A DNA stretch of 64,000 nucleotides from Candidatus Eremiobacteria bacterium (GCA_963737065.1 CAVTRC010000001.1:1888001-1952000); one strand, 5' to 3'. Shown: positions 30,766 through 42,308, counted from the first letter of the stretch. Numbers and translations: made by a program. Notes: generated from the letters alone by a model not told the origin.

Positions 30766-31361
30766 GCGTTCATGAGCACGATCACGAGCGAAGTGCAGCC
30801 GTATCGAAGCGAGTGAAATCGCTCGTCGCGAGCCTCGAGCGCGAAGGAATTACCACCGAAGCGGAACTCGATAATCTCGTCGAATTCTTTCTATCATCCG
30901 CGCATCCCGGAAAACGGCTACGCGATCGTCGCGCGCGCTTGGACGGACCGCGAGTTCAAAGCGCGCTTACTGGACGATGCGAACGCGGCAATTCGCTCGA
31001 TGGGTATCGATCTCACCCAGTGGGCGGACGTAAACTGCGCGTCGTCGAAAACACCGGCGAGAATCACAATCTCATCGTTTGCACGTTGTGTTCGTGTTAT
31101 CCGATCGCGTTGCTCGGTCCATCGCCCGGCTGGTACAAGAGTTTGGAGTATCGCGCGCGCGCCGTACGCGAACCGCGCAAGGTGCTCGAAGAGTTCGGAT
31201 TGACGTTGCCGGCGCAGACGCGGATCACCGTTTGGGATAGCACGGCCGAAGCGCGGTACATGGTCTTGCCGATGCGGCCGGCGGGAACGGAAGCGTACGG
31301 CGAACGCGAACTCGCTGCGCTCGTAACGCGCAACGGCTTGATCGGAACCGCGGCGCTGTAG
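30762..31361 (+). CDS. Cobalt-type nitrile hydratase alpha-like subunit (compensating frameshifts near 30912 and 31030)
   Basis: VCTLCSCYP metal motif, WYKS.EYRARAVREPR, WDST.E.RYMVLP.RP.GTE; IVARAWTD.EFK..LL.D in alternate frame. Confidence 0.9.
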   Translation: MSVHEHDHERSAAVSKRVKSLVASLEREGITTEAELDNLVEFFLSSAHPGKRLRDRRARLDGPRVQSALTGRCERGNSLDGYRSHPVGGRKLRVVENTGENHNLIVCTLCSCYPIALLGPSPGWYKSLEYRARAVREPRKVLEEFGLTLPAQTRITVWDSTAEARYMVLPMRPAGTEAYGERELAALVTRNGLIGTAAL

Positions 31362-33185
31362 CCCGTCGTTGGCGTAGTCGAGCTCTTCGAGTTCGAGCAA
31401 TCGCGCTTCCCATTCCGTAACGGCTTGCGCGCTGCGCGCCGTGACCGCTTCGCGTTCCGCCGCTAGTTCGTTCACGCGCGCGCGATTGTCGTAGAACGCG
31501 GGATCGGAGAAAAGCGCGTCGATTTCCGCCTTGCGCGCGTCGAGCTTTTCGATCTCGCGTTCGAGCCGTGCCACCTGCGTTTCGAGCTTCGAGCGCATCT
31601 TTAGCGGCGTCAGCGTCGAGGTTTTCTCGCGTTTCGGTAGAACGCGCGCCTCGATCTTCACCCGCTCGCGCTCGCGCGCTTGCGCTTCGTACGCTTCGTA
31701 TCCGCCGTCGAGGATGCCCCACGATCCGTCTTCGATCCACAGCACGCGATCGCACAGCGCGTTCAAGAAGTATCGGTCGTGCGAGACGGCGACGATCGTT
31801 CCCTCGTATTCCGCGAGGACCGATTCGAGCGCTTCGCGGCTTTCGACATCGAGATCGTTCGTCGGTTCGTCGAGAAGCAGAATATCGGCCGCGCGCGCCA
31901 TCAGACATGCGAGCATGATGCGCCGCCGCTCGCCGCCCGAGAACGCGTGGATCGGCTTATCCCCCTCATCGCCGCTGATGCGCATGCGCCCGAGCAATCC
32001 ACGCGCGCGTTCATCAGTAACGTAGCCGGCCCGCTTCACCGCGTCCACCGCGTTCTGCGCGCCGGCCAACTCTTCGTGCGCGTTTTGGGCGAAGCTCGCT
32101 ACCTGCGATGCGACGTTGAAGCGAACCGCGCCCGCGTCGGCGACAACGTCGCCGGCTAGGATCTTCAGAAGCGTCGATTTGCCCGAGCCGTTCGCGCCGA
32201 CGACTGCAATGCGCTCGCCGCGTTCGACATCGATCGTGAGGTTTTCGAATAGCGTGCGATCGTACCGTTTGGTAAGCGCGCGCGCCTCGAAGGCGAAGCC
32301 GTTACCATCGCGACGCGATGCCGGCAAGTCAACCGAAATCGCGCGCCGTTGAGGCGCCGGCGGCGGGGGCTGCTGCGATTCGATGCGATCCAGGTGCTTT
32401 TCACGGCTTCGCACCTGACTGTAGTTAGACGATGTCAGCGTTGCACGCAGCCCCGCGACCGTCGCTCGCGCTTTGTCGCGCTCCGCGAGATACGCGTCGA
32501 ACTCGCGACGCGCGCGTTCGCGCCGGTCTTCGCGCGCCGCGATGAAGGCCGCGTACGCCGGCGTCGCTTCAGGGTAGACATCGAGCGTTCCGCGATCGAG
32601 TTCCCAAATGCGTGTCGCGACGCGATCGAGAAAGTAGCGATCGTGCGACACGAGCAGGTATGCGCGTTTATCGTTCGCGATATACGTTTCGAGCCACCGC
32701 ACGGTCGAAATGTCGAGATGGTTCGTCGGCTCGTCGAGAATGCAATACTCGGGATCGTCGATGAGCACGTGCGCGAGCGCCGCTTTTGCGCGTTGCCCGC
32801 CGGAAAAAGTGCGTAGCGAACGTTCCAGATCGCCGTCGTCGAAGCCGAATGCGGCAAGCAGGATGCGCAGCGTCTTGTTTCGCAGTCCCCGCTCTTCGTG
32901 CGGCGCGCGTTCCAGCGCGCCAGCGATCAACTCTGCAAGCGTCGCGGTGGTCTCATCCGCGACGCTCTGGCCGAGATATCCGAAGCGCACGCCGCGCGCA
33001 CGGACGATCGTACCGCCGAAGGGCGATTCAACGCCGGCGAGCAGCCGCAGCAGCGACGATTTTCCCGCGCCGTTGGGGCCGACGAGTCCGACGCGTTCTC
33101 CCTCGGCGAGCCGGCCGCTCACGTTCGCGAAAATTTCGCGCGCGCCGTAGTGGCATTCGAGATCGCAAAAGCGCAGAAGTTCCAA
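31362..33185 (-). CDS. ABC-F family ATPase (3' end uncertain)
   Basis: Two ABC cassettes (GPNGAGKS/FSGGQ/LDEPTNHLD and GANGSGKS/FSGGE/LDEPTNDLD), SHDRYFL twice, C-terminal coiled coil. Confidence 0.9.
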
Positions 33186-33225
33186 GGCGCTTCGCGGATT
33201 CGTCGACTGCGGGTACGCTCCTAGA

Positions 33226-33840
33226 ATGGCAACAGAGTACTTGCCCCCGCGGCTTTCGCTGGCCGGCCTTCGCAAAGCAGCCGCGCAGTGCCGCGGATGC
33301 GACCTGTACCGGTACGCAACGCAGACCGTCTTTGGCGAAGGGAAGGCCCGCGCGCGATTCATGCTCGTCGGCGAGCAGCCGGGCGATAAAGAAGATCTCG
33401 CGGGCCATCCGTTCATCGGCCCCGCCGGGCGGCTACTCCACGACGCGCTGACGGAAGCCGGTATCAGTCCATCCGAGACCTATGTCACCAACGCCGTCAA
33501 ACATTTCAAATTCATCGAACGCGGCAAACGCCGCATTCATCAGAAGCCTAAAGTGATCGAAATTCAGGCGTGCCGGCCGTGGCTCGAAGCGGAATTGAAG
33601 GTGGTGAAGCCGCAACTCGTCGTTGCGCTCGGCGCGACCGCTGCGTACACATTGCTTGGGCCGAAGTTCCGCTTGACGCAGCAGCGCGGGCGGCTTGTCG
33701 CGTCACCGCTTGCCGAACGCGTCATTGCGACGGTGCATCCGTCGTCGATTTTGCGCGCGCCCGACTCCGATACGCGTCATCGTGAATTCGCATGGTTCGT
33801 CGAAGACCTCAGACGCGCAGCCGAGTACGGAACCGGATAA
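33226..33840 (+). CDS. udgX: UdgX family uracil-DNA binding protein
   Basis: CxxC Fe-S start, VGEQPG, NAVKHFK, KRRIH loop, HPSS. Confidence 0.9.
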   Translation: MATEYLPPRLSLAGLRKAAAQCRGCDLYRYATQTVFGEGKARARFMLVGEQPGDKEDLAGHPFIGPAGRLLHDALTEAGISPSETYVTNAVKHFKFIERGKRRIHQKPKVIEIQACRPWLEAELKVVKPQLVVALGATAAYTLLGPKFRLTQQRGRLVASPLAERVIATVHPSSILRAPDSDTRHREFAWFVEDLRRAAEYGTG

Positions 33841-33944
33841 AACGCGCGTGTAAAGTTTCGTTTCGTCGCGCGTTTCAGACGTAGGGTTTTCACCGCAGCT
33901 GAGAGCATGCTAAGCGGCCTGTTACCCGATTCATGGAGGAATTG

Positions 33945-34223
33945 ATGCGCCGCACCCTGGCAACCGGACTTCTTGCCGTTCTCATCCTAACCCCGGCGTT
34001 CGCATGCGCCGCGACGATCGATGCGTCCCTGATTCCCGACGGCACCTATGTCGTCAAGGTGGAGAAGGTCGACGACGCTGCGCACGTGACCGTACTAATG
34101 AACAACGGCGCGGAGACCACCCTTCCCGCGACGGGATCCGTCGATTTTAGCAAGATCAAGGCGAACGCTACGATCAAAGTCTCCGTTATCAGAGGGAAGG
34201 TCCCGGTTTACGCGATCCAATAG
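33945..34223 (+). CDS. Small secreted hypothetical protein
   Basis: GGAGG RBS, signal peptide, beta-rich 92 aa. Confidence 0.7.
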   Translation: MRRTLATGLLAVLILTPAFACAATIDASLIPDGTYVVKVEKVDDAAHVTVLMNNGAETTLPATGSVDFSKIKANATIKVSVIRGKVPVYAIQ

Positions 34224-34310
34224 CAACCCCACCGGTAGACCTCCGCAAAAAGGGGAAAAGGGGTTCGCAGGAGCGAGCCCCTTTCCGTCTACTCGATTGG
34301 AGGAGAAGTA

Positions 34311-34871
34311 ATGTATAGGACACTCGCCGGCACCGCGCTCGCCGGCTTCATGGCAGTAACGATGGCCGTCGCGCAAGCCGCGCTGCAGTCCGGATCGTTG
34401 TTGAACGGGACGCTGAACCAGAATCTGTCCAGCAACCACGCCTACGTGGGCGAGCCCGTCAGTCTTTCGAACGTCACATCGGACGACGGCAGCGGATCGG
34501 TAACCGGCGGAACGCTCTACGGCTATGTTGCGACCGTGCAGAAGGCGGCCCAAGGACGGCCGGGGAGCATTCAATTGCACTTCAACCGTCTGGTAACGGG
34601 CCACGCGACGTACACGGTCAACACCACCGTGACGAAAACGAACGTTTCCACGAAGAACAACACGTTAAAGGAAGCGGGTGGCGCGCTCGCCGGTATGCTG
34701 GTCGGAAATATGATCGGTAAGACGATCTTCCACACGGGTGCAGGCGGCATCGTCGGCGCCGCGGGCGGTTTCCTTTTGGCAAAGAACAACCACCAAGATA
34801 TCAACGTACCTGCCGGAAGCGTCGTGCAGGTTCAAGTGAATTCCGTCGTTCGTCGCCAGTCTCACGGGTAG
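34311..34871 (+). CDS. Secreted protein with glycine-zipper segment
   Basis: GGAGGAG RBS, signal peptide, GGALAGMLVG...GIVGAAGG. Confidence 0.75.
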   Translation: MYRTLAGTALAGFMAVTMAVAQAALQSGSLLNGTLNQNLSSNHAYVGEPVSLSNVTSDDGSGSVTGGTLYGYVATVQKAAQGRPGSIQLHFNRLVTGHATYTVNTTVTKTNVSTKNNTLKEAGGALAGMLVGNMIGKTIFHTGAGGIVGAAGGFLLAKNNHQDINVPAGSVVQVQVNSVVRRQSHG

Positions 34872-35827
34872 TGCCCGTCGTACCAGCGACGACTGAAACG
34901 ATCGACCGCGCCGCAGCGCTTTTACGCTCCGGCGCGGTCGTTGCATTTCCGACGGAAACGGTGTACGGGTTGGGTGCGTGCGCCTTCGATGCGCGCGCCG
35001 TCGCACGTATCTTCGAAATCAAAAACCGGCCGGCGTTCGACCCGCTTATCGTACACGTAGACGGTGAGCCGATGCTCCAGCGTGTCGTCGCGTCGATTCC
35101 GCAGACGGCGCGCACGCTGATGGAGCGCTTTTGGCCGGGTCCACTTACGCTCGTTCTGAAAAAAACCGAACGCGTGCCGGCAATCGTCACGTCGGGACTC
35201 GACACCGTCGCGGTTCGAATGCCGGCGCATCCGATCGCGCGCGCCTTGCTTCAGCGGCTGGAATTGCCGCTCGCGGCGCCGAGCGCAAATCCGTTCGGCT
35301 ATTTGAGCCCCACGCGCGCGCAACACGTCGAGCGCATGTTAGACGATCGCGTCGACCTGATCGTCGACGCCGGCGCGGCGACGCACGGTGTGGAGTCGAC
35401 GATTCTGCTCCTTCAACCCGAACCAACGCTTTTGCGTCACGGCGCAATTCCCGTCGAGGAAATCGAAGCATGTATCGGTCCGGTCGCGCGCGAGGTTTCG
35501 GATGAAGCCAAGCCGCTTGCGCCCGGCCGTTTGCCGCAGCACTATGCACCGTCGAAGCCGATTCGAATCGTGAGCGACCCCAACGCCGTGCCGAGCCAGG
35601 AGCGGCAAAGTGCGGCGTTACTTGCGTTTTCGTCGCCGGCCGACGGTTATGCCGCGTCGCGAACGTTGTCGCGAACCGGAGATTTACGCGAAGCAGCCGC
35701 ACGGCTTTTCGAATCATTGCACGAACTCGATTGCGAGCAGGTGACGCGCATCGACGCCGAAGCGGTTCCCGACGAGGGAATCGGGGCCGCAATTATGGAT
35801 CGTTTGCGGCGTGCATCTCACCGATAA
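34871..35827 (+). CDS. sua5: L-threonylcarbamoyladenylate synthase (YrdC + SUA5 domain)
   Basis: FPTETVYGLG, KNRP..DPLIVH, APSAN, G.EST, APG....HYAP, IMDRL.RA. Confidence 0.93.
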   Translation: MPVVPATTETIDRAAALLRSGAVVAFPTETVYGLGACAFDARAVARIFEIKNRPAFDPLIVHVDGEPMLQRVVASIPQTARTLMERFWPGPLTLVLKKTERVPAIVTSGLDTVAVRMPAHPIARALLQRLELPLAAPSANPFGYLSPTRAQHVERMLDDRVDLIVDAGAATHGVESTILLLQPEPTLLRHGAIPVEEIEACIGPVAREVSDEAKPLAPGRLPQHYAPSKPIRIVSDPNAVPSQERQSAALLAFSSPADGYAASRTLSRTGDLREAAARLFESLHELDCEQVTRIDAEAVPDEGIGAAIMDRLRRASHR

Positions 35828-36839
35828 GAATCGCCATCGTCTCGCGCTGGCTGCGCTCGTTGTTTTGGCGGTGCTGTGGGGCTATAACTGGGTCGTCATG
35901 AAAGTCGCCGTTCACGACGCGCCGCCGTTCGTATTCGCCGCGACGAGAACGCTCGGAGGCGGAGTCGCGCTGCTCGTTGCCGGACTCGTTTTGCGTCGCG
36001 CGATTGCGCCCCAGCGTCCCGGTGCGTTCTTTTGGATCGGATTGTTTCAAACGGGCATCTTCATCGGGTTGGTGACGTGGGCCGTTGTCACGGCCGGTGC
36101 CGGACAGGTGGCGATGCTCGCGTACACGATGCCGCTGTGGGTCAGCTTGATCGCGTGGCGCGTCCTCGGGGAGCGCTTAGGTGTCGTGCACGCGGTCGCG
36201 ATCGTTATTGCGTTTGCCGGAATCGCGTGCATGATCGGTCCGCAGCACCGGCTTGGAGTTCCCGAACTGCTTGCCGTCCTTGCGGGGCTCAGTTGGGCCG
36301 TCGGCATCGTGATCGCAAAAGTCGTGCAGCGCGATCGCTCGATCGACCTCTTCAATCTGACAATGTGGCAGTTGATCTTCGGCGGCGCCGCGTTGGCCGT
36401 CGTTGCATTCGCCGTACCGGGTCGGGCCGTCGTTTGGAATGCATCGTATGCGTTCGCCGTTGCGTATAACGTCGTGCTCGCTACCGCGCTTGCGTATTTT
36501 TTGTGGATTTTCGTGCTCAACGAATTGCCCGCGCGCGATGCCAGCATGGGAACGCTCGCGAATCCGGTTGTCGGCGTCGTTGCCGCGTGGATTCAACTCG
36601 GCGAGAAGCCGACATTGCTTTCCGGAATCGGGATGATCCTCGTGTTGATCGGACTGCTGGTCATTTCGTTGCCGCAACGCAACGTTATACCGCGGCGAAG
36701 CGCGATCAGCGGGAAACGACAGGGCTCCCGATTCTTCGTGGCTAATTCGCCCGGAGGCACGATAGAGTGCCCCTTCGGTCACTTCTATAGGCCGGAGTGC
36801 TTTATCTCAGGTATGATTGAGCTGGGACCGATAGATTAA
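35811..36839 (+). CDS. EamA/DMT family transporter (hydrophilic C-tail may be a frameshift extension)
   Basis: WG.NW, about 10 TM, two LGE repeats. Confidence 0.85.
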   Translation: MHLTDKNRHRLALAALVVLAVLWGYNWVVMKVAVHDAPPFVFAATRTLGGGVALLVAGLVLRRAIAPQRPGAFFWIGLFQTGIFIGLVTWAVVTAGAGQVAMLAYTMPLWVSLIAWRVLGERLGVVHAVAIVIAFAGIACMIGPQHRLGVPELLAVLAGLSWAVGIVIAKVVQRDRSIDLFNLTMWQLIFGGAALAVVAFAVPGRAVVWNASYAFAVAYNVVLATALAYFLWIFVLNELPARDASMGTLANPVVGVVAAWIQLGEKPTLLSGIGMILVLIGLLVISLPQRNVIPRRSAISGKRQGSRFFVANSPGGTIECPFGHFYRPECFISGMIELGPID

Positions 36840-36843
36840 CGAT

Positions 36844-38185
36844 ATGAACCCGCCTCGCTTGCGATGCGCGCACATTGCCGCATGCGCCGTAGTTCTTGGT
36901 CTCGGAGCGTCTGTACCGGCATTTGCGCAGACGACGCTTCCGGCTGCGGTTGCCGCCGACGTGAACGAAAGCTATCGTTTGCTGGCGCACACATACTTTA
37001 AGCCGGTCGATCAACAAGGGCTCATCGACGCGGCGCGTAACGCGCTCTCCGACGAGGCCAATAAGCACCACGTCAAAGTCGCGGTTCCCGACATCAAAGC
37101 GGCCGAAGGTGTCGAGCCGGCGCTGGCGTCGCTCGATCAGGAGATCGCCGACGCGGCGCAGAGTGCCCACGCGACGCCGACGCAATTCGCGTACGCGGCG
37201 ATTACCGGAATGGCGAAATCCGTCAACGACCGCTATACGGTCTTCATGACGCCGGATGATTTCAAGGCATTCAATGCTGCGCTCGATCCGGAACGGATCT
37301 CGGGTATCGGCGTAATGGTCGCGCAAGACAGCGCGAGCAATCTTGATCACCGTCAGCTATGTAGTGCCGGGCACGCCGGCGGAGAAGAACGGCTTGTTGG
37401 CCGGCGATTTCATTACTGCGATCGACGGAACGAGCACGAAAGGCCTCGCGGTCGATGCCGCGAGCAAATTGTTGCGTGGCAAAGCCGGCACGCCGGTCCA
37501 CCTCGCGGTCGCACGCTCCAGCGAACCGCAGCACGACTTCACGATCGTACGCAGCGAAATCCAACCGCCGACGGTCGTGGACAAAATGCTGGCCGATGAC
37601 ATCGGCTACATCTACATCATCGCATTCGGCAAAGATACGCCGATGGAGTTCGATGCCGCGCTCGATCGTCTGCGTCAGCAAAACGCGCGCGCGATCGTGC
37701 TCGATTTGCGCAACGACGGCGGCGGCTATGTCGACTCCGCGCTCGACATGAGCTCGCGTTTCATCACGCAGCGGCCGCTGCTCACCGTGCAACAGCGCGG
37801 CGAACCGGATCAAACGATCGACGCATCGCCCGGCACGCCGCTGAACGTGCCCGTCACCGTGCTCGTGAACAAATACACGGCTTCTGCGTCCGAGATCATG
37901 GCCGGCGCGCTGCAGGACGACGGCATTGCGTCGCTCATCGGACAACGGACGTTCGGCAAGGGCGTCATGCAAACGCTGACGCCGCTCGCCGACGGTTCGG
38001 CAATCAAAATCACGACCGCGCATTACCTGACGCCGCGTCGCCGCGACATCAATCTCAAGGGCATCGATCCCGACGTAGCCGTCGACGAACCGAACGGCTC
38101 GCGATTCGGCGATGCGGCAAACGATCCGCAGCTGCGCGCGGCGATTCAATTACTACAGAAGAAGATCGCGTCCGCGAAACCGTAA
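36844..38185 (+). CDS. S41 family C-terminal processing peptidase (frameshift near 37340)
   Basis: D.YT, GIG, PDZ (PA...G...GD.I), DLRNDGGG, ASASEI, GKG, TA.Y.TP. Confidence 0.9.
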
Positions 38186-38198
38186 TTCGGCCGGCGAA

Positions 38199-38597
38199 CT
38201 AGGAGACGTGCCGGCGCACGAGCCGGACGCACGTGCCGTTTCGATCGAATTGAACGCCGTCCATCAGGCGGCGCATGAGAAAGATGCCGAAGCCGCGGCT
38301 GCGTTGCTCGATCGGCGTGTCATCACGTCTGCCGTCGACCGAGAAACCTTGGCCGTTGTCGCGGATTTCGATGGTGAGCTCGTCCTGCGCGAACAGGCAT
38401 CGCACGGAAAAGCCGTTGGAGCGCATCGTGCGGCCGTGTTCCACCGCGTTGCTGAGCGCTTCGCCGGCAGCCAGCCGGATATCGCTGACTTCTTCGGTGG
38501 AGAAGCCGCAAACGCGCGCGAAGCTTGCTATAGCGTTTCGCGCCAGCGGAACGTTGCGACGGTCGCCGGTGAATGCGGCGCGGTAAGTCGGACTCAC
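38199..38597 (-). CDS. RsbW-like anti-sigma factor / HATPase_c protein
   Basis: DIRLAAGEALSNAVEHG, IRDNGQGF, RGFGIFLMRRLMD; start GTG 38597. Confidence 0.85.
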   Translation of the reverse strand: MSPTYRAAFTGDRRNVPLARNAIASFARVCGFSTEEVSDIRLAAGEALSNAVEHGRTMRSNGFSVRCLFAQDELTIEIRDNGQGFSVDGRRDDTPIEQRSRGFGIFLMRRLMDGVQFDRNGTCVRLVRRHVS

Positions 38598-38718
38598 TTG
38601 CGCTTTGGTTACCCGATGGAACGAAGCGTAAACGGAACCGGCGGCCCGTTTGGTTAGAATTTCGTGCTGTGTCCGGAAGTGTGCGGCCGCTCGTTTGGTG
38701 GCAGAAGGAGTACCGGGG

Positions 38719-40922
38719 TTGCGCCATCTTTCGATTCTCTTTTCGCTCGCGCTCATTGCGGCGACGCCCGTTGTGCTTCCGAACGACTGGGTCTTGGAGG
38801 GCGCCCCGGGACCGGTGATCGCGACGGGAACGATGCCGCAAGGGATGGCGCTCTCGCGCGACGGCTCGACGATCGCCGTGATTGAGGCCGGATACAATCC
38901 CGCGGCGCTGAGCCTGTATCGGGTGCCGAATCTCGCGCGTATCGCAACGATTCCCTTACCGGGAGCATTTGGCCGGCCGGTGTGGAGCGATGCGCACCAC
39001 GTGCTCGTTGCCGGAGGCAGCGCGGATGCGCTGTTGCGAGTGAACGTGCAGACGCGCGCCGTTGAACGCATCCGGTTTCCGAAGGCATCGTACCCGCTCT
39101 TTATCGCAGCGGCGTCCGATGGGAAAACGTACGCCGTTGCCACCGCGCGCGATCTCTCGCTGCGCGTCGGAACGCTCGAAACGATTGCCACGGCACGTCC
39201 AACGCGATTTGGAGCCCAAGCGGGCGGAATTGCCTTCGGCAACGACGGGGCGACCGTCTTCGTCGCGCTGCGCCCGCGTGATGAGGTCGTCGCGATCGAT
39301 ACTGCGTCAGGCGCAATCGTGCATCGCGCGCACGTCGGCCTTCATCCCTCGGCGCTGCTTGCGTCCGGCGGAAAGCTCTACGTTGCGGAAAACGATGCGG
39401 ATGCCGTAGCAATCCTCGACGTTCGCGATTTGCACGCGATTCGAGACGTTTCGGTGCGCGATCGCGCGCCGTTCGACGTGATCGGCGTTTCGCCGAATTC
39501 GCTCTACGCCGGAGACGGAGCGATTTTCGTTACGCTCGGCGCCGCAAATTCGGTAGCGATCTTGCGCAACGACGAATTGGTTGGACGCATGCAAGCCGGA
39601 TGGTATCCAACCGACGCGATCGCTTCGCGCGGGCGGCTGTACGTCTTGAACGGAAAGGGCGAGGGCGCGCGGCCGAATCCGAACTTTCGTCCGGGAAGCG
39701 ATCGCGACTATATCGGCACGATCGAATTCGGATCGTTGCGCGCATACGAAATGCCGTCGACGTCTGCGATGAACGGCAATCCGCAGGGTGCGCGCGCGTG
39801 GAACGATCCCACTGCCGCGTCCATCCTTCGCCGGGACGGACCGATTCGACACGTGTTTTTCGTGCTCAAAGAAAATCGGTCGTACGATCAAGTTCTGGGA
39901 GATATGGCGCAGGGCAACGGCGATGCGAAGCTCGCGTGGTTCGGCCGCCGCGTGACGCCGAACGAGCACGCCATCGCGGCGCGATTCGGATTGTTCGACA
40001 ACGCGTACACGAGCGGCGAGGTCAGCGCTGTGGGCCACATGTGGGCCGATGCGGCATTTTCGAACGATTACTTGGAACGGTTTTGGCCGCTGATCTATGC
40101 CAATCGCGGTTATGCCGACGACGCCACGCAAGGTGACGGGCCGGTTACGTCATCCGCGGGATATCTGTGGGATGCCGCGCGCCGCGCGCACGTCTCGTTT
40201 CGCGACTATGGTGAACTCGTCGATCCGGGAAAGACGCCCGGGAGCGCATGGGTGCCCGACGTTCCGAGCCTCAAGGGCATCATCGACCCGAACTATCCTG
40301 GCTGGAATCTACGCATCAGCGACCTTGAGCGAGTGAAAGCGTGGCGCGGCGAATTCGACGCGTTCGTTCGCGCGCGCACGCTTGCCGCAGTTCGAATTCA
40401 TTTGGTTGCCCAACGATCACACGTACGGCAGCAAACCCAAGGAGTTGACGCCGGCGTCGTACGTCGCGCAGAACGACTACGCATTAGGCCAAATGATCGA
40501 TACGATCTCGCACTCGCGCCGTGTGGAAGTCGTCGGTGATCTTCGCAATCGAGGACGATGCGCAAGATGGTCCCGACCACGTGAGCGATCAGCGCACGAC
40601 CCTCTTCGTCGTTTCGCCCTACTCGCGTGGCGGCGTCCGTCACGAACACTATGCAACCGTCAGCATTCTGCGCACGTATCGAACTGCTGCTCGGGCTACA
40701 CCCGCTTTCCACGTACGATGCGATGGCGACGCCGATGTACGCGGCGTTTTCGTCGACGCCGATCTGCGGCCGTACACCGTGCATCCGCCGTCGATCGATA
40801 TCTCGAAACGCAATCTGCAAACGGCGTACGGCGCGCTTCAGAGCGCGCGCCTGGATTTCAGCCGTCCGGATGCCATCGCGCCCGCGGTGCTAAACGGCAT
40901 ACTCGCGCACAATCACGACTAA
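38719..40922 (+). CDS. Beta-propeller plus phosphoesterase bifunctional secreted protein (frameshifts near 40385, 40520, 40680, 40770)
   Basis: YVTN-like repeats (VGLHP, GWYPT), KENRSYDQVLGD, LPNDHT, EDDAQDGPDHV; AAGGAG RBS. Confidence 0.82.
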
Positions 40923-40976
40923 TTGTGCAATAGCGGATAGGCGACGGTGTTCGTTGTCGCGTACGATAGCCGGGTG

Positions 40977-42141
40977 ATGAAGCTTTTGCGACCTTTCCTT
41001 GCGCTCGTGTTGAGCGCGGGCATTCTTGCCGCGCCCGCTTCCGGTGTGGCGGCAAACGATATTTCGCTTCAGGCGAAGCTGACGCAGATCTTGCAAAACT
41101 ACATAAAGGAGCGTGGCGCTGCCGAGCACATCGATGCGGCGTCGGTGAGCGTTACGACGCTGCACGGTGATGCGCCGACGGTCGCCGCCGTCGGTGCAAC
41201 GCCGTCGACGCTCTTTCAGATCGGCAGCAATACCAAGGCGTTTACGGCCGTGCTTGCGCTTCAGTTGGAAGCCGCCGGCAAGTTGAACATCGATGCGCCG
41301 ATCGGACGATGGCTGCCGCAATATCCAGCGTGGAAAAACATCACCATTCGGCATCTGCTCGACATGACGAGCGGCATCCCGACGTACGATAACGATCCGG
41401 CGTTCCAGCGGCGATATGGAAAGAATCCGTATAAGAACTATTCGGCCGCAGAACTCGTCGCCGCCGTCTATCCGAAGAACGGGCACCCGACGTTCATGCG
41501 CGGTTGGTACTATTCGAACACCGGATACATCCTCACGCAAATGATCCTGGAACGCATTACGGGTCAGTCGTACGGCGACTTACTGCGCACGCGCATTTTC
41601 ACGCCTTACCATCTCGCCAACATGTATTACGATCCGAACGTGCTTCCCGCGAACGTTCAACCGCGCGTCTCGCCGGGATACTTTTTCAATAACGAACCGG
41701 ACAACGCCGGATTGCAGCCGCTCTACAAGCGCGACGTGCGGAACTTGAGCTTGTCGTGGGCGCAGGCGGCGGGCGGAATCGTCGCAACGCCGGCCGCACT
41801 CGAGCGTTGGGTTCAGATCCTTTATGGTCCAACGATGTTGCCGAAAAAACAGCGCGATGAATTGATGTCGACCGTCTCGATGACGACGGGAAAGCCGGTA
41901 GCGCAGGCATCGCAGAGCGCAGCCGCGGACGTTCGGACTAGGCGTCGGCGAAATGTACAAGCCGCCGCTCGGGCGATTCATGTTTTACGAGGGCATGACG
42001 CTCGGATACCGGGTCGTCCATGTGTATGCTCCACAACACAATCTCGTCCTCACCGTTGCGCTGAACAGCCAGCCAAATCCGAATGAGGACCACGTGGGCG
42101 TGCTCATCGATCGCATCGTCAAAGTACTGCCATCGCAATGA
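40977..42141 (+). CDS. Serine hydrolase, beta-lactamase/D-Ala-D-Ala carboxypeptidase family (frameshift near 41920)
   Basis: GSNTK (SxxK), LL.MTSGI, YSNTGY. Confidence 0.88.
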
Positions 42142-42172
42142 CCAGACTGCGACACATTAGGACCAACGGGCA

Positions 42173-42201
42173 TTGACGCGTTATCCGGCGCGTGATAGGT
42201 T
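42173..42201 (+). promoter_or_regulatory. Sigma70-type promoter of the cys leader
   Basis: TTGACG (42173) - 17 nt - TAGGTT (42196) with TG extended -10. Confidence 0.6.
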
Positions 42202-42210
42202 AACCGCGTA

Positions 42211-42285
42211 ATGTTTGTTGTGTGTTGTAGCGCATGTCTCTGTTGTTCGACGCCGCCGGCGTGGGATAGCTGTCGCATACCGTAA
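42211..42285 (+). CDS. Cys-rich leader peptide MFVVCCSACLCCSTPPAWDSCRIP
   Basis: 24 codons, 6 Cys all TGT, directly upstream of a terminator and cysH; below ORF-track cutoff. Confidence 0.8.
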   Translation: MFVVCCSACLCCSTPPAWDSCRIP

Positions 42286-42308
42286 CAACACAGGTCTGTA
42301 TCAGCTAT

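Noticed and set aside
30918..31361. ABC-F ORF extending about 440 bp antisense across the nitrile hydratase alpha gene
   Set aside because: ABC-F homology ends near 31380; extension is likely a lost stop in an error-rich zone rather than a true overlapping gene
34254..34286. Hairpin between two small secreted-protein genes
   Set aside because: No plus-strand U-tract and no recognisable RNA motif; function cannot be supported
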